A stretch of 63,390 nucleotides of DNA, the filler included, from Acidimicrobiia bacterium (GTDB lineage Bacteria > Actinomycetota > Acidimicrobiia > Spongiisociales > JAHEDJ01), in NCBI GenBank assembly GCA_029210695.1. It is 18 parts of 18 records of this genome, joined end to end, with 100 filler letters (N's around TTAATTAATTAA, not from the genome) between each part and the next. Parts side by side here need not be neighbours in the genome. Positions count along the whole stretch, not along the records: positions 60,679 to 63,390 come from JARGFH010000135.1; 17 more parts are not named here. One strand, given 5' to 3'. Of this stretch, positions 60,832 to 63,390 are shown piece by piece. The notes under the pieces are model-generated. The model searched no databases. It worked only from the letters and a program-made list of their open reading frames with translations, and had not been told where the DNA came from. How positions within the stretch are numbered: the stretch's first letter is position 1; each line of letters starts with the position of its first letter. The translations under genes were made by a program, and so were the position numbers.

Positions 60832-61505
60832 GCATCAAGGTTGCCGTCGTCGATGATCAGGCTCTCCTGCGTGGCGGGTTCGCCGTGATGCTCGGCCTGC
60901 AAGAGGACATTGAGGTAGTCGGCGAAGCCGGTGACGGAGCAGCCGCGATCGAGATGGCCCGCACTCATCGGCCAGATGTGATTCTTATGGACATCCGTAT
61001 GCCCGGGATGGATGGCCTCGCCGCCACCGAGGCCATTATTGACGCCGCCGATTGGGAAGTGAAGGTGTTGATTCTCACCACCTTTGATCCGGACGAGTAC
61101 GTGTATGAGGCTCTCCGGGCAGGAGCCAGCGGGTTCGTCCTCAAGGACATCTCGCCTGAGGATCTGGTGGCAGCGGTTCGCACCGTGGCCGATGGAGGAG
61201 CTTTGCTGGCGCCATCGGTCACAAGACGTCTGATCAGCCGGTTCGCCGCACCGCCGTCTCTCGACTCATCGGCGGTTTCTCGTCTCGACCGGCTCACCAG
61301 CCGGGAGCGGGAGGTCCTCATGGCCGTCGCCGCCGGATCAAGCAACATCGAGATCGCAGAGGACCTGTTCGTAGGTGCGGCAACCGTCAAGTCACATGTC
61401 TCCAGCGTCCTCACCAAACTCGGGCTCAACAACCGCGCCCAAGCGGTCGCGTTCGCCTATGAGAGCGGGCTGGTCAAACCCGGCGACAGCGATATCGGGT
61501 TCTGA
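60828..61505 (+). CDS. NarL/LuxR response regulator
   Basis: VVDDQ, LMDIRMPGMDG, LT.REREVL, TVKSHV. Confidence 0.95.
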   Translation: MSIKVAVVDDQALLRGGFAVMLGLQEDIEVVGEAGDGAAAIEMARTHRPDVILMDIRMPGMDGLAATEAIIDAADWEVKVLILTTFDPDEYVYEALRAGASGFVLKDISPEDLVAAVRTVADGGALLAPSVTRRLISRFAAPPSLDSSAVSRLDRLTSREREVLMAVAAGSSNIEIAEDLFVGAATVKSHVSSVLTKLGLNNRAQAVAFAYESGLVKPGDSDIGF

Positions 61506-61648
61506 TCCAACTCCCCCATTTGGCGGATGCCGGGATAGCCGGCACCAAGAATCTTCCCCCGAACGGCGGGGCCGGGAATCCCTCCGTTGGCTGAAGACAG
61601 TTACCCCCCCTCCCAGATACCTTGGATGTAACGACCCAAGGAGAGGAA

Positions 61649-62605
61649 ATGCAGCAGCTATCCGATCAGAAGACCAGGACGGCACCTCGGTCATATCCCA
61701 TCACCATCGAGCACGTCACCAAGAGCTACGGGGGCGGTGCGGCCGTAGTCGACGACCTATCGTTTGTCGTCAAGCCTGGACGGGTGACGGGTTTTCTCGG
61801 GCCGAACGGTGCGGGCAAGTCCACGACGATGAAGATCCTGCTGGGTCTGGCCTCGCCAACGGCAGGTCAGGCCACCATCGACGGCATGGCCTACGGCGAG
61901 CTTGCCGACCCCACCGGAACGGTGGGTGCCAGCGTCGAGGCTGATGCGTTCCATCCCGGACGAAGCGGACGAAACCATCTCCGGATTCTGGCGGACGCCA
62001 CCGATACGCCCCTGGAACGGGTAGACGAGGTCCTCGAACTCGTGGAGCTCGGTGGCGCAGCGAACCGACGTGCTGGTGCGTACTCGCTCGGCATGAAACA
62101 GCGTCTAGGACTTGCCGCCGCACTGCTGTGCGATCCACCGGTGCTCGTTCTCGATGAGCCCGGCAACGGCTTGGATCCGCAAGGAATCCGCACCTTGCGG
62201 AATCTGCTGCGGTCGCGGGCCGCGGAAGGCAACACGGTGTTCGTCTCCAGTCATCTACTCGGCGAGGTGGAACAACTCGCCGACGATGTCGTCGTCATCA
62301 ACCAGGGCCGATTGGTGACCCAGGGGTCGCTGGACGAGCTGCGGCAATCCGCATCCCTCGTCCGGGCCGCCTCGTCGGAGGCTCTACAAGTCACCCTCGA
62401 AGCAGCAGGTGGCGTCGTCGAATCCGGACAACCCGACACCCTCGTGGTCCGTGGCCTCTCCCTCGACGAGATCGGGGAACAGGCCTTCCGCGCCGGCATC
62501 GCTCTGCATGAACTGTCACGCCACAACGACTCGCTAGAGGATCGTTTCTTCGCTTGGACCGGAGATACGGCTGGCGGCACACCCCAGTCCAACACGAAGG
62601 AGTAA
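61649..62605 (+). CDS. ABC transporter ATP-binding protein
   Basis: GPNGAGKST, YSLGMKQR, LDEP, SSH. Confidence 0.95.
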   Translation: MQQLSDQKTRTAPRSYPITIEHVTKSYGGGAAVVDDLSFVVKPGRVTGFLGPNGAGKSTTMKILLGLASPTAGQATIDGMAYGELADPTGTVGASVEADAFHPGRSGRNHLRILADATDTPLERVDEVLELVELGGAANRRAGAYSLGMKQRLGLAAALLCDPPVLVLDEPGNGLDPQGIRTLRNLLRSRAAEGNTVFVSSHLLGEVEQLADDVVVINQGRLVTQGSLDELRQSASLVRAASSEALQVTLEAAGGVVESGQPDTLVVRGLSLDEIGEQAFRAGIALHELSRHNDSLEDRFFAWTGDTAGGTPQSNTKE

Positions 62606-62607
62606 TC

Positions 62608-63357
62608 ATGAACACGCTTCGAACCATCCGGGCCGAAATCCGCAAGCTGACCAGCACGAAGATGCCATTGGCCTTTCTCGCCGTGCTTGTAGTGATCGGC
62701 GCGGCGAACGCCACCGCGGTGGCGTTTGGCACCGACATGGATGGCAGCAAGACCTTCATCTCGACCGCGGCAGACCAGCAGTCACTGATGGCCTTCGCTG
62801 CCAACGCCCTCATAATTGCCGCGTTATTCGGCGCCATGGCTGTTGCTCGCGAATACGGTCACGGTACCGTTGTTCTCACCTTCCTGACCACACCCCGCCG
62901 CCCCCAAGCCGTCTTCGGGCAACTCGCGGCGGTCTTCGTGGCCGGCTGCATGCTCGGACTCGTAGGTGCTGGCCTCAGCGCCGGTTCGGTCGCAGTGGGG
63001 CTCACCGCGACTGACTACGGGTTCATGGTCTCTCTCGCTGATCTGGCGCAGGTCCTCGCGGCATCGACATTCGCAGGAGGCGCCGGTGCTGTGCTCGGCG
63101 CTGGGATTGGCGCCCTCGTCCGCAATACGGGCGGTGCGGTCACCGGCACCATCGTGCTGCTGATCATCTTGCCGCCGCTAGCCATACAAGCGGTCAGCGA
63201 GACCGCATCGTGGATACCTAACACCCTCGCCAACGTCGTCTCGGGAGTTGACAACGCCGTAGGTATGGGAGCGGCGATCGCGGCCATCGGGATGTGGGCC
63301 CTCGTTCCTGCTGCTGTCGCTCGCCAGCTTGATGGGACCACCGGTTCGCCAGTGTGA
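62608..63357 (+). CDS. ABC-2 permease; extreme 3' end probably replaced by an IS end from 63315
   Basis: IRAE.RKL, EY.HGT, TPRR; TGT start with TGATGGGACC repeated twice at 63315-63365. Confidence 0.85.
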   Translation: MNTLRTIRAEIRKLTSTKMPLAFLAVLVVIGAANATAVAFGTDMDGSKTFISTAADQQSLMAFAANALIIAALFGAMAVAREYGHGTVVLTFLTTPRRPQAVFGQLAAVFVAGCMLGLVGAGLSAGSVAVGLTATDYGFMVSLADLAQVLAASTFAGGAGAVLGAGIGALVRNTGGAVTGTIVLLIILPPLAIQAVSETASWIPNTLANVVSGVDNAVGMGAAIAAIGMWALVPAAVARQLDGTTGSPV

Positions 63358-63390
63358 TGGGACCGGGTTGGGGTTCGGTCAGGTCCGGCG

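Overview
The window is a concatenation of 18 short contigs (about 2.7-4.5 kb, in descending length order) joined by artificial N/TTAATTAATTAA linkers, so gene adjacency across linkers means nothing. The sequence is high-GC and actinobacterial in character (probably Acidimicrobiia-like; inference). Most contigs end in multi-copy IS termini (IS3, IS21, IS110, IS1380, IS1182/IS5-like). Content is accessory: two large serine recombinases (one at a tRNA-Leu att site), a conjugation fragment, two TA pairs, a decayed E2/JAB-E1 ubiquitin-like defence locus, a catabolic cluster, tRNA-Gln and tRNA-Glu. Three observations stand out. (1) About 17 copies of a degenerate 60-75 bp motif (CCGCAC-N3/4-RMGTGCCGWT...TGCKCGTT...GGYGATMT), always co-oriented within a contig, bracket one- or two-gene modules like a gene-cassette array but lack the integron attC consensus. 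(2) IS110 junctions fall at one position within this motif three times. (3) Two divergent TlpA/ResA-like genes both carry an in-frame TGA (UxxC) and the same SECIS-like hairpin, so they are probably selenoproteins split by the ORF caller. All family assignments come from motif recognition by eye, not database searches.
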